This document shows, piece after piece, positions 9,613 through 18,253 of a stretch of DNA of 31,046 nt. Origin of the DNA: a virus (lineage: Duplodnaviria > Caudoviricetes); IMG/VR virus record IMGVR_UViG_3300037780_000020, positions 1-31,046 of that record. One strand, written 5' to 3'. Position numbers and translations under genes: made by a program. How positions within the stretch are numbered: position 1 is the stretch's first letter; every line of letters starts with the position of its first letter. The notes below the pieces were generated by a model. The model saw only the letters and a list, made by a program, of their open reading frames with translations. It was not told where the DNA came from and did no database searches.

Positions 9613-11131
9613 CGGTCGGCTCCTGCATGTCTGCCGTTGTAAGTCCTAGCTCGCGCAGCTTCGCCTCGTCCTGGGCGCAGGCGCGGAACACTTCGTCCGG
9701 GTCGTCGCCCTGCTCGCGGATGATCTGGCTGCGAGACTTGAGGCGCTGCTGGATGGCCAACTGGTTGGCAAAGCCATCCTTCTGCGGATCCACCCAGGCC
9801 CACCGACGCCCCTGGAAATGAGCGGGCAGGTATTCATTCACCGGCCGGCGCAGGGGTTCTGGCATCCCACCACCACGGCGGGGGATTCGGATGCGCTGGG
9901 CCGTGTGCTCAAGAGCCAGCCACTCCTCATAGACCGGACGAATGAATGACCGGATAAACCAGTTCTGCAGGCCCTTGAAAATCTCCCGGTCCTCAAGCAC
10001 GCCGGCACGGATGGATGAGTAGTTCACACCCTCGAGGTCACCGGACAGCGAGTGGTAGGAAATCCCAAGGCCAGAAGCGATGCCCTGCAGTTGCTTCTTC
10101 ACAAAGTCCGCGTACATCTGGTGGGGGTAATCGGAGTCGAAAGAGACCAGGTCTCGGTCCCCAATGTCCTTTATCGTCCCCGCCTCGAACTGGTCGAGGG
10201 TGGCGTCGCCGTATTCTTCCTCCCCTTCATAGGGGGCCTCGCCGGGCTGCGACTTGAGAAATGCCATTGTCGCCGCTGTGCTGCGGGCCTTGACGATGGC
10301 CGCTTCATCGTATTTCTCCAGGTGCTTGCTGCGTTCGAGAGAGGCGTGCATCCAGGGCACGCCCCGGGACTGGTCGGGCCATTCGGTGATAAAGCCGTGG
10401 ATGATCACCGACGCCGGCAGCGAATACTTCTCATAGTTGTCATACCCGCCCATGGCTGGGTGCGACTTCTTCTTGAAGTGGTAGCGCACCCGGCGCCCGT
10501 CGCGGTCATACTCCACACCCAGGCGGATTTCGCGGCCGTCCTTCGTGGTCTCGTTCTTCTCGACGTTCAAGAGCTCGGGGTCGATGAACTGCAACTGCAG
10601 CCGCCCGTCCCGGGTGTATCGTTTCTGGAACAGGAACTCGCCGTCCTGCGCCGCGCACCCGATGGCAAGGTTCTGCAGGTCGATGAAAGTGTGCCGGCCG
10701 AGGTAGTCACAATGGCGCTGGCACCACTCCGAGAACGCCTGCTCGATGGCATCGTTGGCCGCCCGGTCGGGCTCGCCGCGGAACAGGCTCTGCGCCTGCA
10801 CCGTGACACCCATAGGGCCGACCACGTTGCTCTTGATGGTCTGGATGAACCGCTTGCCGAACGGGTTCATCCGCACCATGGCGCGAGAGCGGGCGCGGAG
10901 CGGGCGAAGCTGGGTCTGCAGGTAGAAGTCGATGGTCTGGCTGGTCGTGTCCCAGCCCTGCAAGACCCGGTCGGCTATCCCTGAGAAGAAGTCGCTGCTA
11001 CGGACGCGCACCTTCGGGTTGAGGTGCGGGTTTGGCGCGAGTCGCACGTCGCGCACCAGTTCGCCTTCCATCGGCGCACGGGTGTCCGCCCGCCGAGGAA
11101 TCTGCCCGGGCGGGTACTGCCACCATGCCAT
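9593..11131 (-). CDS. Portal protein, lambda gpB family
   Basis: 512 aa; QSRGVPW, VNYSSIRAG and WVDPQKD motifs. Confidence 0.93.
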   Translation of the reverse strand: MAWWQYPPGQIPRRADTRAPMEGELVRDVRLAPNPHLNPKVRVRSSDFFSGIADRVLQGWDTTSQTIDFYLQTQLRPLRARSRAMVRMNPFGKRFIQTIKSNVVGPMGVTVQAQSLFRGEPDRAANDAIEQAFSEWCQRHCDYLGRHTFIDLQNLAIGCAAQDGEFLFQKRYTRDGRLQLQFIDPELLNVEKNETTKDGREIRLGVEYDRDGRRVRYHFKKKSHPAMGGYDNYEKYSLPASVIIHGFITEWPDQSRGVPWMHASLERSKHLEKYDEAAIVKARSTAATMAFLKSQPGEAPYEGEEEYGDATLDQFEAGTIKDIGDRDLVSFDSDYPHQMYADFVKKQLQGIASGLGISYHSLSGDLEGVNYSSIRAGVLEDREIFKGLQNWFIRSFIRPVYEEWLALEHTAQRIRIPRRGGGMPEPLRRPVNEYLPAHFQGRRWAWVDPQKDGFANQLAIQQRLKSRSQIIREQGDDPDEVFRACAQDEAKLRELGLTTADMQEPTDDNQEA

Positions 11132-11132
11132 G

Positions 11133-11714
11133 TTATGCCCTCATGCCGACCAGGACGCGACGGCCAGTGGATCGGCCCGCCTTCCTGTTGATCTCGTCTT
11201 TCTCGCGCTGCCACCGCTTGCGGAACTCAGCCTCGAGGGCCAGCAGTTCCTCCGGGGAGCGAACCGCCAGGGAACGACCGCCGATGCTGTAGCTGGCCTC
11301 CTCCCGGGTTGCAGTCCCCTCGATGGTGGCGCGGATTTTTTGCAGCACCCGATAGGTGTAGGAGGCTGCATCTTCAGTGTTGGCGTAGGCCGGGGCGACC
11401 GTAATCAGCCCCTCATCCACCGTGACCTCGGCGCTGTCCGCATCCCGAATGACCACGGCCCGCCAGCGGTAATCCATGGCGGTGTAGCTTTCGGTACTGG
11501 TCGCCTCGATCACATGGGCGCTGCTGACCTTGTCCGCGGTCAATTGGATCAGCGGGTATGGGCTGTCCAGGCCCGTCAGGTCATAGCGCAGGGTGTAGAG
11601 GCTGGTCGGGTAGGCGTCCGTAATGTCCGGGCGCGTCCACGCCCACAGGCTGCCCGCAGTGAGGGTGTCGGGCTCGGATGTGGGGTAGTTGGTGCTCTCG
11701 AAAAGGTTGTCCAT
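11133..11714 (-). CDS. Head completion/adaptor protein (gpW-like C-terminus with extra N-terminal domain)
   Basis: Between terminase and portal; C-terminal SYSIGGRSL...ELLAL; ATG 11714 lies just past the terminase stop. Confidence 0.7.
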   Translation of the reverse strand: MDNLFESTNYPTSEPDTLTAGSLWAWTRPDITDAYPTSLYTLRYDLTGLDSPYPLIQLTADKVSSAHVIEATSTESYTAMDYRWRAVVIRDADSAEVTVDEGLITVAPAYANTEDAASYTYRVLQKIRATIEGTATREEASYSIGGRSLAVRSPEELLALEAEFRKRWQREKDEINRKAGRSTGRRVLVGMRA

Positions 11715-11716
11715 GC

Positions 11717-13597
11717 TCAAAAATCCGTCGCCCAATTTCTACGCGCCCGCCCTGCCGCCCGCCGGCGCCGCTTGGCCTGCTGCTCTTTGAGGTAATCCCG
11801 CGCCGGCGGCTCTTCGGCCTGCTTCGGGTTCACCCGGTCATCAAGGCGCTTGCTGATCGAGGACCATACGGGTGACAGGATTCGCAAGGCGCTGAACGCA
11901 TAAACTCGCGTGTCCAACGCCTCGTTGCGCTTGCGAATCTTCACCCACTCCCGGTAGGGAAACCCCCGCCGGTATCGCGTAACAAGCTGCTCTGCCACAA
12001 GCTGATCGAAGTACTCCGCATCCCGCGCCATCGGGAAGTGGCAGCAGCCCGGCCCCGGCTCCTCGATCTGCAGCCGGGCATAGATGGTCGCCTTCGCGTC
12101 ATCAACCCCGATCTGGTAGAGGTCAACGTCACGCCCTTTCCTGCCCGTTGCCCGCCGAGACACCTTGACCACTGGCCTGCCGGCCCCTGCGATGCCCTTG
12201 CCCGCATACAGTCGGGGGTGGGCGGACTTCTTCACGAAGTCATAGACCCGCGTTGTCTGGTCGCCTGAGTCGATCACCGCCGCCGTGATGGAGAGCTCGG
12301 TGCCGGTCTCGTGCTCATAGCGGGCGTGCAGGGCATCCTCGAGGTCCTGCCACACCGCGTCCTGGGCGGTGTCTCCGGGGATCACCCGGTAATCGACGTT
12401 CCAGCTTTCCTCGCCCTCGCCCCACGCAACAACCTCCATTTCAAGGCGGTCGCGCTGCACGTCAATGCCAGCGGTAACCACCAGCGCGTCAGCAGGGACT
12501 GGGGCGGGGTAGTCCTCGCGGCGCGAGTAGAGGGTGTTCTGGTCAAGTCGCTCACCGCGGTCCTCCCAACTCTCGCCCAGGGATGTGTTGACCCAGGTTT
12601 TCAAAAGCTCCGAGTTGCTCTTGGCCTCGAGGAACGCCCGCACCATGTCGGGCAGTGAAGACCAGGGGCTGTAGAGCTCCGACAGGTGGAAGCCAGCCCG
12701 AGACCCGCCCGGGTTCTCTGCCACCCACCGCCCTTTGCGAATGGCGGTCAGCCGGCCCTTCTCGCTCCACAGTGCCCCGCAGCCATCGCAGGCATACTGG
12801 GCCGTATCAGGTAGCGCATTGTCCTGCTCGTCCTTCTGCCACGTCACGTTGCGCCACAAGAGCCGTTGCTCATGGCCGCAGTGGTTGCAGGGGACGTGGT
12901 AATAGCGCCGGTCGCTCTGCTCAAACTCGAGCTCGATGCGCGAAGACCCAGACTCCGTGGGCGTGGAGGTCAGGATCACCTTGCGATTCCAGAAGGTCGC
13001 CGTCCGCTTCCGGGCGAGGTTCACCGGGTCCCCTTCTGTCCCTGCGCTCGCCGGGTAGCGGTCCACCTCATCGCAAAGCACCACCCGGATCGGGCGCGAG
13101 GCCAGCGAGGCCGGACTGTTGGAGCCGGCCATCGTAATGTGGCCGCCCGGGAACACCTTGTGCAGCAGGGTGTTGGCGCTGTTCTTGCTCCGGGGGTCCT
13201 TCACCTTGCCTTTCAGGGCCGGGGTGTCGCGCAGCATTGGGGCCAGGCGGTCCTTCGACCAGGTCTGCGCCATCTCGAGAGTGGGCTGCAGCACCAGCAT
13301 CGGCGCCGGGTCCTGGTGGATGTGATACCCCACGATGTTGTTGAGGATCTCCGTGGCGCCCACCTGCGCTGACTTCATGAAGACGATGGTTTCGACCCCG
13401 GGGTCAGAAACCGCATCCATGATGCCGCGCTGGTACTCAGCCCTTGCCGTCAGCCACCGGCCCGGCTCCGCGCTCGATTCGGGAGACAGGCGGCGGTGTT
13501 CGTCGGCCCACTCCGAGACCGTGAGACTAGGCGGCGGCTTGAGGTTCGCCTGCTTCTGGCTCTTCAGCGCCTTCTTCAGGGCTTCCGTAGATGCCAT
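11717..13597 (-). CDS. Terminase large subunit, lambda GpA family
   Basis: KSAQVGATE, VLCDEVD, TSTPT, GIDVQ and RNEALD motifs. Confidence 0.95.
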   Translation of the reverse strand: MASTEALKKALKSQKQANLKPPPSLTVSEWADEHRRLSPESSAEPGRWLTARAEYQRGIMDAVSDPGVETIVFMKSAQVGATEILNNIVGYHIHQDPAPMLVLQPTLEMAQTWSKDRLAPMLRDTPALKGKVKDPRSKNSANTLLHKVFPGGHITMAGSNSPASLASRPIRVVLCDEVDRYPASAGTEGDPVNLARKRTATFWNRKVILTSTPTESGSSRIELEFEQSDRRYYHVPCNHCGHEQRLLWRNVTWQKDEQDNALPDTAQYACDGCGALWSEKGRLTAIRKGRWVAENPGGSRAGFHLSELYSPWSSLPDMVRAFLEAKSNSELLKTWVNTSLGESWEDRGERLDQNTLYSRREDYPAPVPADALVVTAGIDVQRDRLEMEVVAWGEGEESWNVDYRVIPGDTAQDAVWQDLEDALHARYEHETGTELSITAAVIDSGDQTTRVYDFVKKSAHPRLYAGKGIAGAGRPVVKVSRRATGRKGRDVDLYQIGVDDAKATIYARLQIEEPGPGCCHFPMARDAEYFDQLVAEQLVTRYRRGFPYREWVKIRKRNEALDTRVYAFSALRILSPVWSSISKRLDDRVNPKQAEEPPARDYLKEQQAKRRRRAAGRARRNWATDF

Positions 13598-14060
13598 CCG
13601 CCGTCAACTCCTCCAATGCCTCGGTCACCGCCCGCTCCACCAGCTTCATGGCCTCGGCCGGCTCTTCCACGCCAATCAACTGCGGGCCTAGTTTGGTCGG
13701 CAGGGAAAGCAGCTTGGCCCGCACGTTGGCGTAGTCGTCACCGACAACCGCGGCGACCTCCTCGATTTCAATGAGCTCGCCCTTGCGCTTGGCGAGGTCC
13801 AACTCAGACATGGCCGCCTCGGCCGCCAGCTTGCGGCGCCGGGCCTCGTCCAGGTCCAGGGACTTGGTGTCCCCCACGGCTTGCTGGGCCACCTGCCGCT
13901 CGCGCCAGGCAACCACCTCTGGCACGTCGAACACCCAGGACTTGCCCTGGCCGCCTTTCTGGACGAACGGGCAACCCTTGGCGACCCACTGCCCGATGGC
14001 GACCGTGGAGACTCCGAGGAGCTCGGCCACGTCCACCTTGTTTACTCGGCGCTCTGCCAT
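13527..14060 (-). CDS. Terminase small subunit, Nu1-like
   Basis: N-terminal wHTH (VNKVDVAELLGVS..W..KGCP) followed by a coiled coil. Confidence 0.92.
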   Translation of the reverse strand: MAERRVNKVDVAELLGVSTVAIGQWVAKGCPFVQKGGQGKSWVFDVPEVVAWRERQVAQQAVGDTKSLDLDEARRRKLAAEAAMSELDLAKRKGELIEIEEVAAVVGDDYANVRAKLLSLPTKLGPQLIGVEEPAEAMKLVERAVTEALEELTADGIYGSPEEGAEEPEAGEPQAAA

Positions 14061-14090
14061 AATCTCAACTTGCGTTTTGCAACCCAGTCT

Positions 14091-14288
14091 CTAGCGAAAA
14101 ACCGCGCCTCTTGCCCCCGCAAGGCAAAAGCCACAAAAGGACCCGCTGTCTTTCTGCTGGCGCATGCCGCGGTGTGGGTTCTGGTTCCAGCCGGTGCGGA
14201 GTGATGCGTGCTCCTCGCAGTAGCCAGAGCGATCACGCGACAGTGCGCCACACCCGGCCTTGCGGCAGGGCCTCGAGGGCCTATCCAC
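14091..14288 (-). pseudogene. Truncated terminase-associated HNH endonuclease (N-terminal Zn motif only)
   Basis: RPCRKAGCGALSRDRSGYCEEH..W is the typical N-terminus of packaging HNH proteins; no HNH core follows and the frame runs into cos. Confidence 0.6.
14092..14144 (-). other. Putative cos packaging site (cosQ and cosN-like)
   Basis: GGGTCCT at 14144-14138 equals lambda cosQ; followed by ...GGGGGCAAGAGGCGCGGTTTTTCGCTA, compared with lambda GGGCGGCGACCTCGCGGGTTTTCGCTA; directly upstream of the small terminase. Confidence 0.75.
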
Positions 14289-15032
14289 CTAAACTCTCTC
14301 CACCGGCTCCCAATAGCGGTCGAAGGTGCTGTCCCGCCCAGGTTCGGTGGTGTTCGCGTCGATCTTGCTGCGGTAGAGCCAGTCGGCCCCGCCGTCGTTG
14401 GGGTTGTCCCAGATAACTTCGTCGCCCGTGTCCCATGTGTCGGGCGGGGTGAGCATCTGCCAGCGAGGGGTGGAGCCTGCGGGATCACGATACGGACTCC
14501 AAAGAGCAGGGACGGCCCCTGGCTCGCGGTCAATCTGTCCGTTGTGGCCCTGCTCGCAAACCCACAGCTTGCCGTTGTGCTTGCGAATTTCCTGGGCGAC
14601 GTACACGCCGTCTACAGTCCATGCCCTGAACAGCGTGCCCACCTTCGCCAGATCATCGTCATCCAGCGAATCCAACGTGGCCGTGTCTACTAGCTTGCGG
14701 GTTAGCACCTCAAGCGCATTGGTCAGCTTCTCCGGGTCTGTCGTTTCCTCAATATCCCGCTGCCGCTGCTGGGCCGCGATTTCCTCTGCGGTGTAGTCGA
14801 TAACCTCCCACTGCTGGGTCCACTTACCGTTCACTTCTACCGGATCGGCCTTGACCAGCTTTTGCTTTAGCGGGTCATAGGTCGGTGGATCAGAGGGAGT
14901 AACGCGATATACGCCATACTCGGCAAGGGTGGCGTCAGGAATCTCACGCGGGAAACTGACAAGCGGGTTGTCGTTACGAAGACGACCGACGCTATAAGTT
15001 TCAGGTTTGTTGTCAACTACGCGAATATACAT
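14289..15032 (-). CDS. Fibre-associated protein with C-terminal CBM5/12-like Trp-rich modules
   Basis: N-terminal LRNDNPLVSFP...WTQQWEV; C-terminal AW...Y...HNGKLWVCEQGH...PALW and a second W..GDEV..LYRS..N..EPG..W module. Confidence 0.6.
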   Translation of the reverse strand: MYIRVVDNKPETYSVGRLRNDNPLVSFPREIPDATLAEYGVYRVTPSDPPTYDPLKQKLVKADPVEVNGKWTQQWEVIDYTAEEIAAQQRQRDIEETTDPEKLTNALEVLTRKLVDTATLDSLDDDDLAKVGTLFRAWTVDGVYVAQEIRKHNGKLWVCEQGHNGQIDREPGAVPALWSPYRDPAGSTPRWQMLTPPDTWDTGDEVIWDNPNDGGADWLYRSKIDANTTEPGRDSTFDRYWEPVERV

Positions 15033-15037
15033 TTCGC

Positions 15038-15694
15038 CTACCTGTAGGTTGCAGCAGCGAAGGCTTGTTGAGCATCGTCACCGGAATAGGTGACCGAGTG
15101 CGTTGAGTCCCCGGAAGCCGCGAACCCGCTATAACCAATAAAGAAATCAGCAGAAGCAGAACCCATTTCGCTAAAGTCTTCTTCCTCAAATCCAGTAATG
15201 CTGCCGTTTGTATCGCCTTCTTGAAAAAGACCGCCAATTAAACAGCCACCAGAACTGAAGTCGATGCTTAGACTGCCAGATGCACTGTCTTCACCTTTTA
15301 CTGTGTCTACAAGAGCAGCACTCCCGTCAACATAAAACACCGCGACAGCCGACCTAGTTGGGGTTGGAGAGCTTGAGAAGGTCGGGACAAAAGAGACGCT
15401 GGAATCTCCAGCAAGAGACGCGCTGGCCTCAATGGAGCAAATGGCGCAATATGAACCACCGTTTGATTCTGAAGAAACATCCACCGACGCGCTCTCACCA
15501 CCAAGAGTTGCCGAAGTCAGTCCCTCCTTGCCTGCATTCGCCTCTAGCCCGTAAAGAATCAGAATAAGCGACCCTTCTGGAACACTAGACAGGTCAATCC
15601 CAGTTACATCCTTTGATGACTGCGTGACTGTAAAGCCAAGATAAACAGGGTTAAGGCCACCAGAGGCAAACAGTAGTTTTGTGGAAAGCGGCAT
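15038..15694 (-). CDS. Beta-rich, Ser/Gly-rich fibre or receptor-binding-like protein, 218 aa
   Basis: Likely start ATG 15694 (TAATG overlap): MPLSTKLLFASGG...; visibly lower GC than the backbone. Confidence 0.55.
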   Translation of the reverse strand: MPLSTKLLFASGGLNPVYLGFTVTQSSKDVTGIDLSSVPEGSLILILYGLEANAGKEGLTSATLGGESASVDVSSESNGGSYCAICSIEASASLAGDSSVSFVPTFSSSPTPTRSAVAVFYVDGSAALVDTVKGEDSASGSLSIDFSSGGCLIGGLFQEGDTNGSITGFEEEDFSEMGSASADFFIGYSGFAASGDSTHSVTYSGDDAQQAFAAATYR

Positions 15695-16146
15695 TAGCTG
15701 GCGGTCCCCGGTGAAACACCAATGAGCGTCGTCCCTACTTTTACAAGAACGACAATTGTCGTGTTGGTCGTGTCCAGCGTCGGGGCTGAACCACCGACCC
15801 ACTCCATTGTGGGCCAAGTGATTGTGTAGGCCGTGCCGTCATCAATGAGTAAGGTAAGGCTCTCGCCGTCAGCCAGTGAGTCTGTGGGGGTGGAGTTCCC
15901 AGAAAGCGTCCATTCATAAACCGTTTGGCCAGAACTACCGACCTCAAGAGTCGGCGTAGTGCCGCTCAAGGTGCCGGTGGTCTCCATGCCACGCCCAATC
16001 ACCTTTGAAAGGGTCTCGCCTGCCAGAAGGTTCGCAACGGAGATCCGCTTTGTCGCAGAGGCAGAGTCGTCGACGATGGGGAGCTCGTCGGCATCATCGG
16101 GCGCCGCCGCAAGCTCCGTCAGTGCGCTGATCTTTGTGTCTGCCAT
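15694..16146 (-). CDS. Virion fibre-like protein
   Basis: MADTKISALT N-terminus and TITWP..W.GGSAPTL C-terminus, both seen in phage fibre proteins. Confidence 0.6.
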   Translation of the reverse strand: MADTKISALTELAAAPDDADELPIVDDSASATKRISVANLLAGETLSKVIGRGMETTGTLSGTTPTLEVGSSGQTVYEWTLSGNSTPTDSLADGESLTLLIDDGTAYTITWPTMEWVGGSAPTLDTTNTTIVVLVKVGTTLIGVSPGTAS

Positions 16147-16158
16147 CGTTACTCGCTC

Positions 16159-16470
16159 TTAACCCTTCGGCGTTCGGTCTGGGTCAAACTCCACATGAAT
16201 GTGTGTAGGCTCAACCACCACGTCAAACTCTGCTCCAAGGGCGGCTCTTAGTCTTTCCGCCAACTCCTGCTTACCATCGTCGCTCAAATACCAAGTGCGG
16301 ATGTCCAGCGCCAGGCCGGCGTAGTGCAGCGAATTGTCACTGTGCTCGCCATCGGTGGCCGAAGTGATCGTGGGCTCCACTAAATGATTAATCACGCGCT
16401 CGATCACGGGAATGGAGGCGACAATCTCGGGCTGAATGCCGTTAAGGGTGACGCCGTGTTTGAGTTTCAC
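16159..16470 (-). CDS. Endolysin, peptidase M15-type Zn peptidase
   Basis: ITS...SLHYAGLALD...HIHVE gives the H-x6-D and HxH ligand pattern. Confidence 0.8.
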   Translation of the reverse strand: MKLKHGVTLNGIQPEIVASIPVIERVINHLVEPTITSATDGEHSDNSLHYAGLALDIRTWYLSDDGKQELAERLRAALGAEFDVVVEPTHIHVEFDPDRTPKG

Positions 16471-16913
16471 TTCGACCCCCCCGAAAACCGCGTCAGCGCC
16501 TTCTCCGCAACGTTGCCCATATAGGGCGCCGCGAAGTAGAACCCGAGGATGATCGTCACCGCCGCGTTCATCTGGTCGGTCTCGGTCTGGATCACGGCGA
16601 TGGAGGCGTGGATCTGCGAGGCCACTTGCGGGTCAGCCAGCCAGACCGCCCACACGCCCATGAGCATCGTGGAGACCTTCAGCGTGCCCCAGAGGCCCGT
16701 GATACCGAACGCAAGCACACGCCGCGCAAGACGGCTCCCAGAGGTGCCCTGGATCCACTCGAGGGTGACGCGCACCATCTCGAGGGTGGCCTCGCGCTCC
16801 TCGGCAGACTTCTCCTGGTCGGTGTGAAACGCCTCGTCAAGCAGCTTGGAGCCAGCGTTGATGACCCCCTCGACCGCCTTGTCGGTGCCGAAGAGTTTGC
16901 CGAGGATGCTCAC
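16467..16913 (-). CDS. Holin-like membrane protein (3TM/GTA-type)
   Basis: MSILGKLFG, TDQEK, two hydrophobic helices, ILGFYF; adjacent to the endolysin. Confidence 0.7.
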   Translation of the reverse strand: MSILGKLFGTDKAVEGVINAGSKLLDEAFHTDQEKSAEEREATLEMVRVTLEWIQGTSGSRLARRVLAFGITGLWGTLKVSTMLMGVWAVWLADPQVASQIHASIAVIQTETDQMNAAVTIILGFYFAAPYMGNVAEKALTRFSGGSK

Positions 16914-17188
16914 TTGTCCGCCTTGTCCCGCTGCAACGCCCCCACCTGGGCCTCTACCCGGCGCAGGGCGGCAAGCACTTCCGCGTGCTGCCGGTCAGCC
17001 TTGTCTTCACGAACGTACTTCTCAGCGACCTCGAGGCGCCACTGGTTGAAGTCCTCGCGCAGGCGGTCATCGGACTCCTTCAGCCGGTCAATGGCCCCAC
17101 GGATGGGGACGATGAACACCAGCAGGAGGAACTGCAGAAAGCCGACAATGGCAACACCGGCCTGCGCCCATGTGGGGAGGTCGATCAC
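16910..17188 (-). CDS. Membrane-anchored coiled-coil lysis-region protein (holin/antiholin-like)
   Basis: One N-terminal TM helix, EVAEKYVR motif, DKADK end. Confidence 0.6.
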   Translation of the reverse strand: MIDLPTWAQAGVAIVGFLQFLLLVFIVPIRGAIDRLKESDDRLREDFNQWRLEVAEKYVREDKADRQHAEVLAALRRVEAQVGALQRDKADK

Positions 17189-17679
17189 TGCTGCCCACCA
17201 CCGGCACCCATCCCGTGCCCGCCGGGCACCGGATCTGCCGCCTGGCGCTTCGTGATCTCATGCACCACGGCGGCGCGGATGGTCTCGCGGATCTCCTCCG
17301 TGAAACCAAACACCGTGCCGGTCTTCTCCACCTTCCGCAGGAGGGCCGTGGGGTAGGTCGCCACGATGGCGGGCCAGTCGGCTTGCTCCACGGCACGCTT
17401 CCAGTCGTTGGCCACGCTTTCGTCCTTGAGCTCGGTGGCAAACTCGCCCCAGTTGCGCTCGAAGAAATCGGCCGACTCGGCAATGCGCCGGTCAAGGATG
17501 GACAGACCCGTTGCAGGCTTCACGGGCTCACCACCTCGCTTGGCGAGATAGTCCTCGGACCTGAAGACCACATAGCCGTTCTGCGTCAGCAGGTCGATGG
17601 CGCCGTCGAAGTCAGGGCGAAACAGTCCCGCAACCCAGCCGGCAAACGCCGCCCAGGCTTTCCTGAGTGCATCGATCAT
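17185..17679 (-). CDS. Hypothetical protein, first late gene (164 aa)
   Basis: GAGGT SD before ATG 17679; amphipathic N-terminus. Confidence 0.6.
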   Translation of the reverse strand: MIDALRKAWAAFAGWVAGLFRPDFDGAIDLLTQNGYVVFRSEDYLAKRGGEPVKPATGLSILDRRIAESADFFERNWGEFATELKDESVANDWKRAVEQADWPAIVATYPTALLRKVEKTGTVFGFTEEIRETIRAAVVHEITKRQAADPVPGGHGMGAGGGQQ

Positions 17680-17807
17680 GGTGAACCTCGAATGATGCGA
17701 GCAGAGGCCCGGGCTGGAGTCTCCTCTGACTGTGGAGCCGCGGACATGCTCGCAAAAGGGGCCCGGCTGCTTGGGGGAGCGGCGCCAGGGGAAGGGACGC
17801 ACCGGGC

Positions 17808-17840
17808 GAAAACGAAAACGGCGAGCACTTGGCCCGCCGT
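17808..17840 (-). terminator. tR'-like terminator after Q
   Basis: ACGGCGGGC-CAAGT-GCTCGCCGT followed by TTTCGTTTT. Confidence 0.75.
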
Positions 17841-18253
17841 CAGTTATCCATCATCACGTCTGAGGGTATATCACTGGGCACCCACCTCCCACCCTGGGCG
17901 CCCATTATTTTTCCTGCCCGAATGAAGCCAGCCACGAAGCTGTGCCCATCGCTCAGGCTGCGCGCCAGTTGCTTGCGGTTGCCCTGCCCGCGGGACTCCA
18001 TCCAGCGAAAGCTGCGGTTTTCGGCGTGAACCTTAACGATGACGCGATGCGCCTCGGCGTCCTCTGCCTTCAGGGCGGCTAGCGCAGAATCAATCAGCAG
18101 ACCCTCGTCATCGGACAGCCCCTCGACACCAAGCCCGCCACCCAGCAACTTGCGCTCTGGTGTCGAGTGCGGGTAGCCAATATCCGAAGGGTCAGCAGCC
18201 CTTGCCCACTGGAAGAAACGCCGCAGATTTTCCGCAATGTCGTCACTCAGCAT
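17840..18253 (-). CDS. Late antiterminator Q
   Basis: Start ATG 18253; LRRFFQWA, SDDEGLLIDSALAAL and SFVAG motifs; lies between nin and lysis genes. Confidence 0.8.
   Translation of the reverse strand: MLSDDIAENLRRFFQWARAADPSDIGYPHSTPERKLLGGGLGVEGLSDDEGLLIDSALAALKAEDAEAHRVIVKVHAENRSFRWMESRGQGNRKQLARSLSDGHSFVAGFIRAGKIMGAQGGRWVPSDIPSDVMMDN

Noticed and set aside
311-14800. Many long plus-strand ORFs (e.g. 3532-4446, 5272-6156, 10052-10984)
   Set aside because: Antisense shadows of GC-rich structural genes; no motifs or SD sites.
17690-17840. Possible tRNA in the post-Q region
   Set aside because: No cloverleaf, T-loop GTTC signature or CCA end could be built.
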